This document shows positions 11,294 to 24,654 of a stretch of 64,000 nucleotides of DNA, piece after piece. The DNA lies in the NCBI RefSeq assembly GCF_004010195.1, contig NC_057718.1:5019106-5083105 (forward strand), written 5' to 3'. The position numbers and the translations under genes were made by a program. Source of the stretch: Chiloscyllium plagiosum (Eukaryota). The notes under the pieces were generated by a model. That model had not been told where the DNA came from, ran no database searches, and saw nothing but the letters and a program-made list of their open reading frames with translations. Each line of letters opens with the position of its first letter. Within the stretch, counting starts at the first letter, position 1.

Positions 11294-11810
11294 GTGAGTA
11301 CATCTGCAGCCTGCCTCCGTCTCCAAAGATTTGTGTGGGCCAGTCCTGTTCAAATCAATGGAGCTGCTGACCCCTTTGTGTTGCTAAACGGGGGTGTGGG
11401 AGGGGGGATGGAGACAAAGAAAAAAGATTCTCAGTACAGATCAGTTAACTCCGTGATTTTGTTTTAATCTCATTAACCAAACAACAAATACTCCGAAGTG
11501 GTTTGAAGTTACTTTGCATGTTGTACAATGGAACATCCTGTACTGTTTTGCCCTCAACATTTAATTTTGCAGCTTCTCGCTGAGTGATAATTAACCCTTG
11601 TGGTACTGAGTTTTACCAGCAGCCAGTGCTTTGCACTGGAAACCTGTTGCTGGGGATAAAGGTCAGCTCGACTTTTCAATGAGCTGCCAGTCTGTGGGGA
11701 GATTTTGTCCTTTTTTCCTTAAACTTCTGGAAGTTCCCCTGGGTGGGTGGGGGCGATGAAGCCAGGAGTAGAGCTCCCTTGGGAATGAAGCTAGGAACAG
11801 TAAGGTCAGG

Positions 11811-11846
11811 ATTCCTGAAGAAGGGCTTATGCCCGAAACGTCGATT
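11811..11846 (+). ncRNA. Minimal type-I hammerhead ribozyme motif, family A (intact core), within solo repeat 11811-11904
   Basis: ATTC-CTGAAGA-A-GGGC-ttat-GCCC-GAAA-CGTC-GATT; palindromic ACGU stem III, GUC triplet, predicted cut after 11842; stem I short. Confidence 0.8.
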
Positions 11847-12237
11847 CTCCTGTTCCTTGGATGCTGCCTGACCTGCAGCGCTTTTCCAGCAACACATTTT
11901 CAGCGCAGGAGTGTATCCTGTCAAGATACTCCTTCATGACCCACCATTGCTTTCTCTGAAATGGAGGGTGAGGGGAACCAGGCTGTGCTGCTGACAGTGG
12001 GGGAGGGTGCCTCTGCGAGGCAGGTTTACTCTGTCTCTGGTAGAGACCGAGGTTAGTGGGTTTCAGGTGTGGTCACCCTCACTGACAGCGCAGGGGCAAG
12101 GCTGATCTGCCCCCTTGCAGCACCTTCTCACTTGTCATTCAGGTCACCTCCCGGTATTGGTTTTGTATGTAAACCAACCAAAAATAACCAGAGAGTGTGG
12201 GTTGTTATTTGGTTAGTTTGATAGCTGGACTGAGCAG

Positions 12238-12429
12238 GTCAGGCAGCATCCGAGGAGCAGGAATATCGACATTTTGGGCAAAAGCCCTTCATCAGGGATT
12301 CTGATGAATGGCTTTTGCCTGAAACATCGATTTCCCTGCTCCTTGGATGCTGTCTGACCTGCTGTGCTTTTCCAGTACCACTCTAATCTTGACTCTAATT
12401 TCCAGCATCTGCAGTACCCACTTCTGCCC
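12238..12429. mobile_element. Palindromic family A PLE mini-element with 15-bp TSD
   Basis: Two decayed hammerhead cores head-to-head at ~12265-12332; TSD agctggactgagcag at 12223-12237 and 12430-12444. Confidence 0.85.
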
Positions 12430-12494
12430 AGCTGGACTGAGCAGATTGTCTTAGTAGAATGGATTTGATTGACTGAATTTGTTTCCAAAAAGGA

Positions 12495-13010
12495 GCTAGC
12501 TCTATTTACAAGGCTAAAGGGATGTGGGGAGAAAGTGGGAACAGGGGACTGAGTTGGATGATCAACCAGAATCCTATTGAATGGTGGAGCGGGGCCGAAT
12601 GGCCTCCTCCTGCTCATGTGTGGTTACTGGAGCTCCGAAGAGAGAGCAGTGATTTGTTTGAAATGTGTAAGCTGCTGGATGGGCTCTCTGTGGTGGATGT
12701 GAACAGGTAGTTTCCTCTGGTAGCTGAGTTAACCAGGAGACATTGTCTGAAATTAAGGGTTGGCCTTTCAGGACAGACATGAGATTTTGTTTTTCTCTCT
12801 GGAATGTTGGAGCACTCTGCCTCCAGAGGTCAGGGGTCATTCAGTGTTGTTATGACAGAGATGGAGAGATTGTTGTTAGGCAGGGAATCTGAGGTTATTG
12901 GGGGTTGATGGGAATGTGAAATTCAGAACACAAACAGATCAACTACAATCTCATTGAATGGAAAAGCAGACTTGAATGGCAGAATGGCTTGCTTCTGCTC
13001 TTAATTCTTG
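12495..13010 (+). mobile_element. Two decayed CR1 3' ends
   Basis: ggatgatcaacc...attgaatggtggagc...ccgaatggcct 3'UTR motif, occurring twice. Confidence 0.65.
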
Positions 13011-13929
13011 TTTTTGATAGCATCGTGTGCCCAATGGAATGTTTTAATTGAGAGAGAGAGAAGAGGATTAAAATGTTCAGGAAGGTATTTTAGTAATCCT
13101 GCTGAAGGAGCAACACACAGAGTGCAGGCAATGAGTTGGATGGGAGATGAAAAGACATCAAATAGGAAAGGCTAATCATCAGTCAAACATGTCTTGTTCC
13201 TGGTCTGGAGCATCTAATTTGGGTCATGAGAAAGCCTCTATAATGAGGAGGAAGTGGTGATGTGGTGAGGGTACGTTTATTTGTCTTTTAAGACAATAGT
13301 GTGCTTCCTGGATGATCAAAGTGAAGCTGGTTTGAGGAGAGTTTGATTACAAAAACTAGTTGCAAACGTATGTGGATAGAGAGGCAATCATTGTATGAAA
13401 TGAGCTGGAGGTTGGAAAATACATCTTCTCCATAGAATTGTGAGAGGAAGGGACATTTTTGATAGGGGCAATGCCATTTATTAAGGGGTGTTTCCAGAAT
13501 AGATGGTTTACTGAGTGTTTTAACTGATTGTTGGGGAGGTTCCTGTTCACACACACTGTCAGTAGTGAAAGCTGGGGGGAGGGAGTTTGGGTTCACTTTG
13601 TTTGGTGACGCTCAGATGCCATTTATTTGTTGTCTTTGCTTTCTTCGGTTGACACAGTCTGAGACCAAAGGGGTTGGGTGAAAATCCTTTTATATCAAAG
13701 GAAAAGCAAAATATTTTCACTATAGTGTCCGCATCAATGGCGCCAACTAAACTTGTAATGCTTGTTTCTTCCCCCTTGTTGGCTCATTTGTCGTCAATTG
13801 GGAAAATCTCCCAGTGGAAGGAGGTAATTTGAACCATCCTACTCACCTCTACTAGCTCCTCATTGGAGCTGTCAGTTCCTATCCTGCTTTCTCGCTCTCT
13901 CTCTGTCAAGTTGGTGACTGCCTCATGAG

Positions 13930-14470
13930 GTGAGGCTCAAACTCCAGTCCAGCGACATGAATGTGTCATTGAGAGATAGAGATGCTATTTTGTGAATGAG
14001 AGCCCATCAGCTGGATGCAGTTTTCACATGTCAAAGAAGAATGACGTTCTATCAATGTCCTGGTCATTATTTCTCCCTTGGGGCAGTATTGCTGGAGATC
14101 ATTCACCCCATCACGATTTGTAGAATCTTACAGGTTGCTGCATTTCCTACCCCAACCACACTTTGATAGATCTGCCATCAATGTGGGCAGCATTCTCCAG
14201 CCTCCAGATCAGAAATATGTTGCATTGAGTTACGCTGTACAGACCCCCACACAAAGTCCAGGCCAAAGCTCCACTGAGGAGAGTTGCAGAAGATTTTCCC
14301 TCATCATTGTTCATCCCTTTCACCACGTCCCTTACAAACCAAACCAGATGATCTGGTCATTATCCTGTTGCTGTTTATGAGAGCTTGCTGTGTGCAGATT
14401 GGCTGTAGTGTTTCCTGCATTATAACAAAGTCTACATTATGCAAATGCTGTATTTGCTGTAAAAGATGGG
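13930..14470 (+). mobile_element. Highly decayed Deu-domain-type SINE pieces
   Basis: gatgatctggtcattatc..ttgctgtttatgagagcttgctgtgtgcagattggctg..tttcctgcattataaca; similar pieces at 18210-18470, 29590-29780, 42500-42610, 49930-50060. Confidence 0.4.
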
Positions 14471-15254
14471 CTGAAGGATTTTCCCACATAAAGAAACAAC
14501 CTCTCAACATCCACCCTATTAAGTTCTCTCACAATCATTTATGTCTTAATAGGATCATCTCATCCTTCTCAAGGCCAAACGTGTAGGTCCAACTTGTCCA
14601 AAGTACAATTAATTTGGAATTAGTGAATCATTAGTCCATACGAGTGTTGGTTCCATGTTAACTGGATGAAGCAGTGAACTCTCAGGAATGGTTAGCCCAG
14701 TGAAATGTTTTGGATTAGTTATTGTTTATTACACATGCTGAGCGTTGCACTGGTAACCGATTAAAAATCTGACTGGCAGAGTGAGGTACTTGCGCAGGTT
14801 AGAGGCTGCATTCATGGAAGCACGGGGACCCTATGTTGTGGGGACAGATGCATTTCATACGTATGTTGCATCTTTTTGTGGAACCAAAAGAGTCGCAGAG
14901 ACTATCACTGATCCACTGCCGTGGCAACACCCCTGACCAAATGGAGTCTGTGAGCCTGGACTGAGAATTAAGATTGACAGTTAACTGCAGCTCCATGCCA
15001 ATGATGGTCCAACCAATCTGCATCCGCCACTCACGTTTTATGAAATAGCATCCCATCTCTTTTTAAGCCTGTTTCTACGTGTCCTAGGTGCCAGACTTCC
15101 ATTTTCTTGTCTCCTTTAGCAGCGATGAGTTCACTATAGTGTGTAAGGTGTAGAAACTCATTGATACCCATTACAAGTGAATTTCAACTGCATTGCTGTT
15201 AGTGGCACCGCAACGTACAGCCTCCTGTTTGCTGTCAGAGTTCCAAGAACAGAC

Positions 15255-15788
15255 TGTGTTGGAAAAACTCAGCAGGTCAGGCAACATCTGTGGAGAGAAA
15301 GCAGAATTTGGGCCCAGTGATCCTTCTTCAGAATGGTTCTTATTTCTTCTGGAGGAGGGTCACTAGAGTTGAAACATTAACTCTACTTTTTTAGATTAGA
15401 TTACTTACAGTGCGGAAACAGGCCCTTCGGCCCAACAAGTCTACACCAACTCGCCGAAGCGCAACCCACTCAGACCCATTCCCCCTACATTTACCCCTTC
15501 ACCTAACACTACGGGCAATTTTAGCATGGCCAATTCACCTGACCTGCACATTTTTGGATGGTGGGAAGAAACCGGAGTACCCGGAGGAAACCCACGCAGA
15601 CACTGGGAGAATGTGCAAACTCCACACAGAGAGTCGCCTGAGGTGGGAATTGAACCTGGGTCTCTGGCGCTATGAGGCAGCATTGCTAACCACTGTGCCA
15701 CCATGCTGCCCACAGATGCTGCCAGACCAGCTGACTTTCTCCCGCACTTTCTGTTTTTGTTTCTGATTTCCAGCATCCACAGCTCTTT
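15255..15788. mobile_element. Palindromic family C PLE repeat interrupted by an HE1 SINE
   Basis: Minus arm 15255-15335; plus arm ctggaggagggtcactagagttgaaacattaactct...[SINE]...ccacagatgctgccagacc...tttccagcatc. Confidence 0.7.
15391..15711 (-). mobile_element. HE1-type V-SINE, full length
   Basis: (GATTA)n tail at 15391, tRNA-like head at 15640-15711. Confidence 0.9.
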
Positions 15789-15957
15789 GACAGAGAAGCC
15801 AAATTGGGTTTGCCAGAGTCAAAGAAGGTCCGAAGAAAATTTCCATGTTGGTCGTTGTGAAAAAGCCCAGTGGCCCAGACCCAAATCTTTGACAGTACCG
15901 ACTTGGTACTGGGCAGGGTACAATGGAGAGTGTGTTTACCCAGCTACATGGATAAGT

Positions 15958-16125
15958 AGAAAAGAGCAGCATTGGAAAAGCACAGCAGGTCAGCAGCATA
16001 CGCAGAGCAGGAGAATCGATGTTTTGGGCATAAGCCCTTCATTTGGATGCTGCCTGACCCGCTGTGCTTTTCCAGCACCACACTTTTCAACTCTGACTGC
16101 AGCAGCTGCAGTCCTCACTTTCTCC
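15958..16125. mobile_element. Palindromic family A PLE mini-element (older)
   Basis: Inverted arms joined at ~16042; imperfect flanking repeat cccag(c)tacatg. Confidence 0.75.
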
Positions 16126-16720
16126 CAGTACATGAACGAGTATCCAAACTACCCATTAATAAGGCAATTTGTGCTGATAGTGTGAAATTACTCAATAATC
16201 TATTCACAGTGAACTCTTTGCGGCCTGGTATGTGGCTGCTTCTGCTGAGCGCCATCAGAAAAAATGAAACATTTCCCAAGAAAAGAGAAAGCTTACTGAT
16301 GATCCGATAGAGGTCTATCAAAGGATACAAGGCTTTGATCAGGGAAACGTAGAGGGAATGGTTTCACTGCTGGGCGAAAGACTAGCACTAGCAATGACTA
16401 TATAAGGTTGTGTTTGTGTTTCAGTTCATGCAGAGAATCTGAATTGTGTGGCAACATGCACTTTTACATCCATGTTACAGTAAGGAGGTATGGAGAGTGA
16501 TAGTGGAGACTCTCAATATTCTTCTGGGCTGGCCAGGAAGCTCTCCCAGTCTTCACTCCTGCCATGAGCTTGCATTGGCAGGCTTTGCATGTTAATGCTC
16601 CAACTGCTGGGCACCCTCTTGGGCCACCCAGTCCGAGGTAGGACTCAAACCCAGCGCTTCTGGCTCGGAGGTGAGGACACTACCCGCTGAACCACCTGAC
16701 CTCCTCCAAGTATCAGTCAG

Positions 16721-16826
16721 AGTTGAAAAGTGTGATGCTGGAAAAGCACAGCAGATCAGGCAATATCTGAGGAGCAGGAGAGTCAATGTTTCAGGTATAA
16801 GCTCTTGATCAGGAATGTGCAGTAAT
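16721..16826 (-). mobile_element. Family A PLE repeat, solo, with 14-bp TSD (1 mismatch)
   Basis: TSD caagtatcagtcag 16707-16720 / caagtatcaatcag 16827-16840. Confidence 0.75.
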
Positions 16827-17859
16827 CAAGTATCAATCAGTCCCTGATAAATCGAAGGGAGGTCCAAAAAAATCTTCATCTACAAACTGGTGAGAATGTG
16901 GAACTCTCTATTGCATGGAATAATTGAGTTGAAAGGTGTATTCAAAGGGAAGCTGGTGAGGGCATTAGGAATTGGAGGCAATGCTGATGGGGCGACATGA
17001 AGTAACTAGTGGGAACGAGCCATAAATTCAGAGTATTACCTTTCCAATTGGCACCTCTCCCTGTCTGAACGTGACCCTGTCTGGTGGGTACTCACCCAAA
17101 TCTTGCTGTGGTACATGAGGAGCAGCACAGTGTTTTTGTATGATAGGCTGACTTCCAGGAACAGGAACTACATAGTGAAACATTGTGTGTTTTGATGTGT
17201 GTAAGTGTACATGTGTGCACACGTACGTGTCTGTCTGCATGTATGTGTGCACATGTCAGAATATACATGTCTTTGGGAAACCATGTGTACGTGAATGTGC
17301 ATGTTGACTGAGTTGCAGAGAATCAATGCACTAATCCACCTCTTGGTTGTCTATAGCTCAATGATTGAAGTCACTGAGTGCCTCACTTGTTGAGGTTTGC
17401 TGTGCTTTGGTTGAGCTGTTTAAACTGAGATCCCTTTGGCCTTTGCAGGCAGAGAGTCCGTTGAGGGCATCCTGTGAAAGGGACTGTCTTGGCTAAAGCT
17501 GCTGGACCTGAGTTTTGTTCTTCGTCAGAGTCATGTGTGTTGGCAGAACGGAAAGTGACAGGATTTCCTGTGTCACCAGAATGAGCACTGAATGCTGATG
17601 AGAGTGAAGACAGTGGGGTGAGCTCAGAATGGGAAATAGCTGTGAACCGTTTGGAGTCCAGCGCTGGGGCAGCTGCCTTTCCTTCCGTTTTTCATGCATG
17701 AGTCATGAGCAGCCAATTGTAACTTTGGACGGACAAGTGCCCCAAACTGGAAAGAAACTTTCTGAACCAATTTCTGGAACCTAATGTGTAAAACTGAGCT
17801 GAGAAAACATAAGTGTGGAAACAGGCTATTCAGTCACCATTTGAATGCCTTAAACATTA

Positions 17860-18183
17860 AGGACGGCGTAATGGCTCAGTGGTTAGCACCGTTGCCTCAC
17901 AGTGCCAGGAACCCAGGTTTGATTCCCACCTTGGATGACTGTGTGGAGTTTGCACATTCTTCCTATGTTTGCAAAGGTTTCCTCTGGGTACTCCAGTTTC
18001 CTCCCACAATCTAAGATGTTCAGGTTAGGTGAATTGGCTGTGCTAAATTGCCCATGGTGTTGGGTGCAGTAATTGGGGTAAATAATAGGTAGGGGAATGG
18101 GTCTGGGTGGGTTACTCTTCGGACGGTTGGTGTGGACTTGTTGGGCCAAATGGCCTGTTTCCAAACTGTAGGTAATCTAATCT
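17860..18183 (+). mobile_element. HE1-type V-SINE
   Basis: tggctcagtggttagc A-box, ggtttgattcc B-box, taatctaatc tail. Confidence 0.85.
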
Positions 18184-18599
18184 TAAATGTGACACTTAAT
18201 TTACCCACAGAAAGCTCCCGTAGACAATGGTATGATAATGGCCAGATAACCAGTTTGTTTTTTTGTGTGATTGTGAACAAGTGAGGACACCAGGCAGACC
18301 CCTCTCACTGTGGTTTGAAATAGGAACCATGGGATCTCTTACAATTTCTGCCCCACCCAACCCCTGCAAGAAAGCAGATACAACCTCAGTTCAAAGTCTC
18401 ATCTGAAAGATGGCACCTCTGACGGTACAGCACACCCGCTGTACTGCACTGGGTGTGTCCAGAACCTTGTGGCTGTGAGCTGAGAATGTGGCAACATCAG
18501 TTGAAGGATTTAGTATTGTCCGGTTCCCCTCTTTCAAATAGTGCCATGGAATAGTTTGCATCAATGAGAACAGGCCAAATGGTGCCACAGTTCATAAGA

Positions 18600-19060
18600 T
18601 CTCAATTGGCACTGCACCCACAAGCATCTATTCCTCCACCACTGCAGCAATGTGTACTATCCCAAGATGCACCAGAGAAATTTGTCTTGATGTCTGACAG
18701 CACCTTCCAAACCAACAAGGGATATGGGCTGGGTGCTGGCAGGTGGGACTAGATTGGGTTGGGATATCTGGTTGGCATGGATGGGTTGGACAGGTCTGTT
18801 TCCATGCTGTACATCTACAAGGGCGGCAGGTATTTGGGAACACCAACACATGCCGCCCAACACACCTCCAAGCCACTCACCATCCTGACTTAGAAATATA
18901 TCGCTGTTGAAATCCTGGAATTCCATCCCTAACGGCATTGTGGGTCAACCCACAACAGGTGGGCTACAGCAGTTCAAGGCAGTTCACCATCGCATTCTCA
19001 AGGGGCAACTAGGGACAGGCAATAAATGCTGGGCCCAGCCAGAGACACCCACAAAAATGA
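18600..19060 (+). mobile_element. CR1/L2-group LINE 3' end with inserted CR1 tail (18715-18818)
   Basis: Homology to other copies; insert gggatatgggctgggtgctggcagg...tccatgctgtacatctac. Confidence 0.7.
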
Positions 19061-20259
19061 GTAAATCTCCTTGAGAGAGGTGGTGCCTGTGACAGTGCAG
19101 CACTCCCTCGGCACTGCGCTGGGAGTGTCAGCCTGGCGAATGTGTCTGGAGCAGTCTGAGTTTATACAAGGTCAATAGATGCAGTTGGCTTTTTTTCTCA
19201 GACAGTGCTTTTCCAAGAAGCAGTATTCACAGGCCCCTTTGGACATGCAATGCATCTACTATTGGAACAGACAGTGGGTTATGCTGGTAGCACAGGCTGT
19301 GATGATTTCTCTTCTGTCATAACCTTCATACCTCATCGCTCCTGATGAGATAAAATTGTAGCTGGCATTCTCCCAAGCAGTTTTACTTTTTAAAAAGTCA
19401 CTCAGTTGTGCTTTGTTTTTTAAAAAGAAGTTTACACTGCTAACTCTGCTGGTATTTTAGGAGTCAAGTTCCCATGTACTTTGCTTTTTCCCATGACATG
19501 TTTTCCACGTTCCTGATACATTCAGAGATCTCGACAACCCGTTTGTCCCCTGAAATAAATGCCTACTAGCCTGTGAATCAGTGAAGGAAAAGTCCTGCAT
19601 TCACCTAGCTCGTGCCACATCCTCGGGCCACATAGCGGCTAGTGATGTCCGTTTGAAGTGCATCTGTTGCTGTCATTTTGGGATACTGATATTGATACAA
19701 ATATGATTTATTGTCGCATGCACCTCTATGACCTTGCCCTTCCAAATATAATCTACAAAATCCAAACCTACAACACTGAGATATTTCTGAGAGTGTAATC
19801 TGGCAGTCCAGTTGGAATTGCTCTGTTACTGCTGACTATACCTTCACCTACCTTGGTCCTTAGCTCTGAAAGTCTGTCCCTAAACCATTCCTCACTTTCA
19901 ACCTGACTTTCCTTAACACCCACCTCTTTGACCAAACGTTTGGTCACCGACAACTCCTTATTTAGCTGTCTGATGTCATTTTTGAAATGCATTGCTGTTT
20001 TGTTCCTTTTAAGAAATGCTACGTAAATATGAAATGTTGCTGACTGAAAGACGCTTGATGATTTGCATAAATGTATCTGGGATCCAGATCTTAAAGTGTG
20101 TAATGTGTATTGTCATTTAGGGAAATTGGATAAATTTAAAAATGGGAAGAAATGGATGTGGTTTACTGCCGTGATGATTTGATTTGAAAAAAAAAGAACA
20201 AGAAGGTCAACAAATTATTGAGGAACAGTGGAAAACAGATCAGAATCAGTCCTAGTCAG

Positions 20260-21385
20260 CATTAAAGGGAAATCATGCTTGACAAATCTTCTGGAATGTT
20301 TTGAGGCTGTGACCAGTAGAGTGGACAAGGGTGAAGCAATAGATGTTGTGTTTCTGGACTTACAAAAGGCTTTTGACAAGATTCCACACAAGAGATTAAT
20401 AAGGAATATTAGAGCTCATGGTATCAGAGGTAATGTATTGACATGGATAGAGAACTGCTTGGCAGACAGGAAGTAGAGAATTGGAATAAACAGGTCCTTA
20501 TCAGAATGGCAGGCAGTGACGAGTGGGGTACCGCAGCTTCAGTGCTGGGACCCCAGCTGTTTACAGTACACATTAATGATTTTTCGAAGGAATTGAATGC
20601 AGTATCTCCAAATTTGCAGATGACACTGACCTGGATGGCAAGATGTGCTGTGAGGAAGATGCTAAGGGGCTGCAGGGTAACTTGGACAGCCTGGCTGAGA
20701 GGGCAAATATCTGGCAAATGCAACAAAATGTGAGGTTATCCACTTTGGTCACAAAAACAGGAAGGCAAATTATGATCTGAATGGTGGCAGTTTAGGAAGA
20801 GGTGAGGTGCAGTGAGACCTGGGTGTCATGGTGGAACAGTGGCTGAAGGTTGTCATGCAGGTGCAGCAGACAATGAGGAAAGCTAATGGCACGCTGACCT
20901 TCATAGTAAGAGGATTGGAGTATCGAGTAAGGATGTCTTGCTGCAGTTACACAGGGCCTTGGTGAGGCCATGCCCTGAGTATTGTGTGCAGTTTTAGTCC
21001 TCCTAGTCTGAGGAAGGACATTCCTGCTATTGAGGGAGTCCAGTGAACGTTCACCAGACTGATTCCCAGGACAGCAGGACTGACTATGAGGAAAGACTGG
21101 ATCGACTGGGTTTGTACTCACTGGAGTTTAGAGGAATGAGGGAGGATCTCATAGAAACATATAAAATCCTGATGGGACTGGACAGGCTAGATGCAGGAAA
21201 AATGCTCCTGATGTTGGGGATGTACAGAACAAAGGGTCACAGTCTAAAAATAAGGGGTAGGCCATTCACGACTGAGATGAGTAAGAATGTTATTCAGAGA
21301 GTGGTGAACCTGTGGAGCGCTCTCCCACAGGAGGCTTTTGGGGCCAATTCATTAAATATATTCAAGAGGGAGCTGGATGTGTCCC
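20260..21385 (+). mobile_element. CR1 LINE ORF2 reverse-transcriptase fragment, frameshifted
   Basis: KGKSCLTNLLECFE..VDKGEAIDVVFLDLQKAFDKIPH; SVLGPQLF; FADD; REDLIETYKIL. Confidence 0.9.
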
Positions 21386-21529
21386 TTTCATCAAATTGTT
21401 TCTGCAGACCGCAAGGAAGAACCTGGAAGATAAATAGAAAACAGGTAGTAAATCCAAGGAAATTTGACAGTGGATCAGGAACAGGGACTGAATAATATTA
21501 ATGCAAGTGAAACTTCAGTAATGAGGAAA

Positions 21530-23380
21530 TTAGTTCAATTAAAGAGTGACAAATCCCTGAGACTTGACGGCTTCTATCTGAGAGTGTTAAATGAAATAGG
21601 GGAGCACCTTGTTTAAGCATGAGCTACAGTGTTTTCAGAAATTTCAGGAATTCCCTAGATATAGGAGTCGTCACTCTACTTTTTAAGAAGAATGAAGAGG
21701 AAAACCAGGGAATTACAGACCAGTTAGCCTACCATCTGTGGTGGGGGAATGGTCAGAGTCTCTCAGCAAGGATGAAGTAACTGATCAACTTGAAAACTTT
21801 AAGTTTATTAGGGAGAGCCAGCATGTATTCATGACATTCGGCTATATCTGACAAACCCCATTGGAATTTTTGAAGAGGTGACTAAGGTAGTAGCTTGGGG
21901 ATTGTCTCTGGATATCGTTTGTATGGACTTCCAGAAGACATTTGATGAAGTTCCACATAAGAGACTTTAACTAAGGTAGCAAACTACAGGAATGTTTTTA
22001 TTCATTCACAGGATGTGGCTGTCACTGGTGAAGCCAGCATTTATTACCCATCCCTAATTGCCCAGAGGGCACATTGCTGTGGATCTAGAGCCACATATAG
22101 GCCAGACTGGGTGAGGATGGCAGATTTTCTTCCTGAAGGACATTAGTGAATTAGATGAATTTTTCCAACAATCAGCAATGGATTCATGGTTACCATTAGA
22201 CTCTGAATTCAAAATTCCACCATCGGCCATTGTAAGGTTTGAACCTGAGTCCCCAGAGTATTACCTGGGCCTCTAGGTTGATAGTCTAGTGATTATACCA
22301 CCAGGCTGTGCCCTCCCCAAAGGAGGGCAAATTAGTGACATGACTGGGAAATTGGTTAAGTGGCAGGTGACAGATAGTAGGGATGATGGGTAGGTGCTCA
22401 AATTGGTAGGATGTGACCAGTGGTGACCCACAAGGATCTGTGTTAGGGTCTCAATCAATGACATTATTACTAACGACTTGGATAATGGCATAGAAAGTCA
22501 TATATCCAAATTTGCTGATGATACAAAGTCAAGCAGCATTGTAGACAGTGTAGATGATTACATACAATTACAGAGGGACATTGATAGGTTAAATTAATGG
22601 ACAAAGTTGTGGCAGATGGAGTTCAGTGTGAGGTTACCCATTTTGTGCTGAAAAAGGGTAGGGTGCTTTCTAGGTGGTGTGAAGTTAAATGTAGCGGATG
22701 TCCAAAGAGACTTGGGAGTTTGGGTGCATGGATCTTTAAAATTTCACAAACGGGTCTGGAAAATAATTAAGAAAACTAATTGAATGCTGGACTTCATATC
22801 TATTGAGTATAAGGATGCACAAGTTACACTGCAGTTATACAAAATCTCAGTTAAGCTCCAATTGTAGCAGATCTGAGCACCACACCTTAGGAAGAGTGTA
22901 TCAGTACCGGACAGAGTACAGCATAGAATGATACCTGGATTTCAGGGGCTAGGTTGTAAGGAGGGATTGTACAAATTCGGCCTGTTGTTATTTTTCTAGA
23001 ATTTGGAAGGTTAAGGGACAATCCAATTGAAAGTTTCAAGATACTAACCGCAAAAGACAAGATAGATAAAGATGAACTATTTCCACTGCTTTAGATTCTA
23101 GAATTAGGGGCATAGTCTGACAATGAGGGCCAGGCTGCTCAGGAGCGATGTTAGGAAGCACTTCTACACACAAAGGGTGCGAACTCTCTTCCACAAATGA
23201 CACTGCGGGCTGGATCAGTTGGTACTTTTAAACCTGAGGTAGATACATTTTTTGTTAAACCGGGGTATTAGGAGTGTGAGCCAAAGGCAAGTAAATGTAG
23301 TTAGATCACAGATCAGCCATGATCTTTTTGAATGATGGAACAAGTTTGAGGGGCTGAATGGCCGCCTTCTGTTCCTAAGT
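21530..23380 (+). mobile_element. Older CR1 LINE RT-to-3'UTR fragment, interrupted at 22000-22320
   Basis: PGNYRPVSLPSVVG (21705), MDFQKTFD (21925), SKFADDTK (22505), 3'UTR at ~23300-23380. Confidence 0.85.
22000..22320 (-). mobile_element. Second SINE family copy
   Basis: Reverse complement of 9500-9860. Confidence 0.75.
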
Positions 23381-24144
23381 TCCGACCAGATGGAGTGGTT
23401 GAGGTCATGAACACTGAACATTTCAAGGGTTAAGCACAGAAAGGGCAAAAGCAATTGTGGGATATACTTATGAGGTGAGATGAACTAATGAAGGAAAACT
23501 TGCGTAGAGCCAGCAGGTGCCATTAGGGCCGAATGGCCTATTTCTATTCAGTCTATCTAATCGATTGTGGGAACCTATCTCTCTTAGCAAGCCACAAAGT
23601 TTGTTGAGCCAAACCAGGTTCAGTTGTTTTTTTTTCTCGCTCTGGGTGGTGTTACAGCCAAACGGATCTTTTATTATTTGCCAAGTATTAACTTGGCGAG
23701 TTGCTCTGCCTTGACTGACATCTGTTGTTGGTTTTTGGGTCTGTGCAGAGCGCAGGGAAGTGGGTGAGAGGGGAACTCCAGGGATGTTTCCACTCCACAC
23801 GAATAGTTTGACTGATGAGCCGTTCAGCAACCCTCGCTTGGAACACAGGGCGGGTCATTGATTCTTTGAGAAAGGAATCAAAGGGAAAAGTTCCTTTCAG
23901 CAGCTAATATTTGCAAAGAAAAAGCAGCACAAAGTATAACAGACATCAAGAAAGTGAAGAAATGGAATACAATTCTATAATTTAAAGCTTAAAATGCAAA
24001 ACTGTCAGCATTGAGAAAATGACAGGATTGAGGTATCTTAACTTCAAAATGAAAGGAGCTGACTTATCTTCAAGCACATGTCTGATGCTTTTTAAGCCAC
24101 TCAATAGCAACAAGACTTATGTAAATTCATGTAAAAGTCAATAC

Positions 24145-24265
24145 TTCTTCAGAAGAGTCAGACTGGATTCAGAACATTGACTCTGTTTCTCTCTCTGTGG
24201 ATGCTGCCAGACCTGTTGAGTTTCTCCAGCACTCTGTTCTTTATTTCAGATGTTCAACGTCTGCT
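24145..24265 (+). mobile_element. Family C PLE repeat, decayed
   Basis: agaagagtcagactggattcagaacattgactctg...gatgctgccagacctgttgagtttctccagc. Confidence 0.6.
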
Positions 24266-24654
24266 TTAAGAATTCACAGGTTGACTTCTCACAAAGTTGG
24301 TTGGTGGTTCCGTGCAGTGACATCAGAAACTTTTACAGAGGCAGCATGAATGTTCTTCCTCCAGTGCTTTTACAATGGGAGGCAGATTAGATTCCTGGTG
24401 AAATTCTACCTAATCCTCACAGAGTCAGGGACAGAAAGCAAGGGTCTTCATTATAGAGTCTTGATGTAACATTCCCCACCCCCCACCCCCGCAACCTGCC
24501 AACAACCCTGAACCCAGGCCATTATTGACCATACTTTCACCTGAGAACCAAAAGGTGCTTCATTTCAGTCTGCTCCAGGAAATTGAAAGTGCAAGCTGGG
24601 CTGCTCTCTGACTGCAGTACTGAGGGAATGCTACACTGCCTTTTGTCCCATCAT

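Noticed and set aside
17860..17935. tRNA genes
   Set aside because: A/B-box motifs belong to SINE heads; no complete cloverleaf seen.
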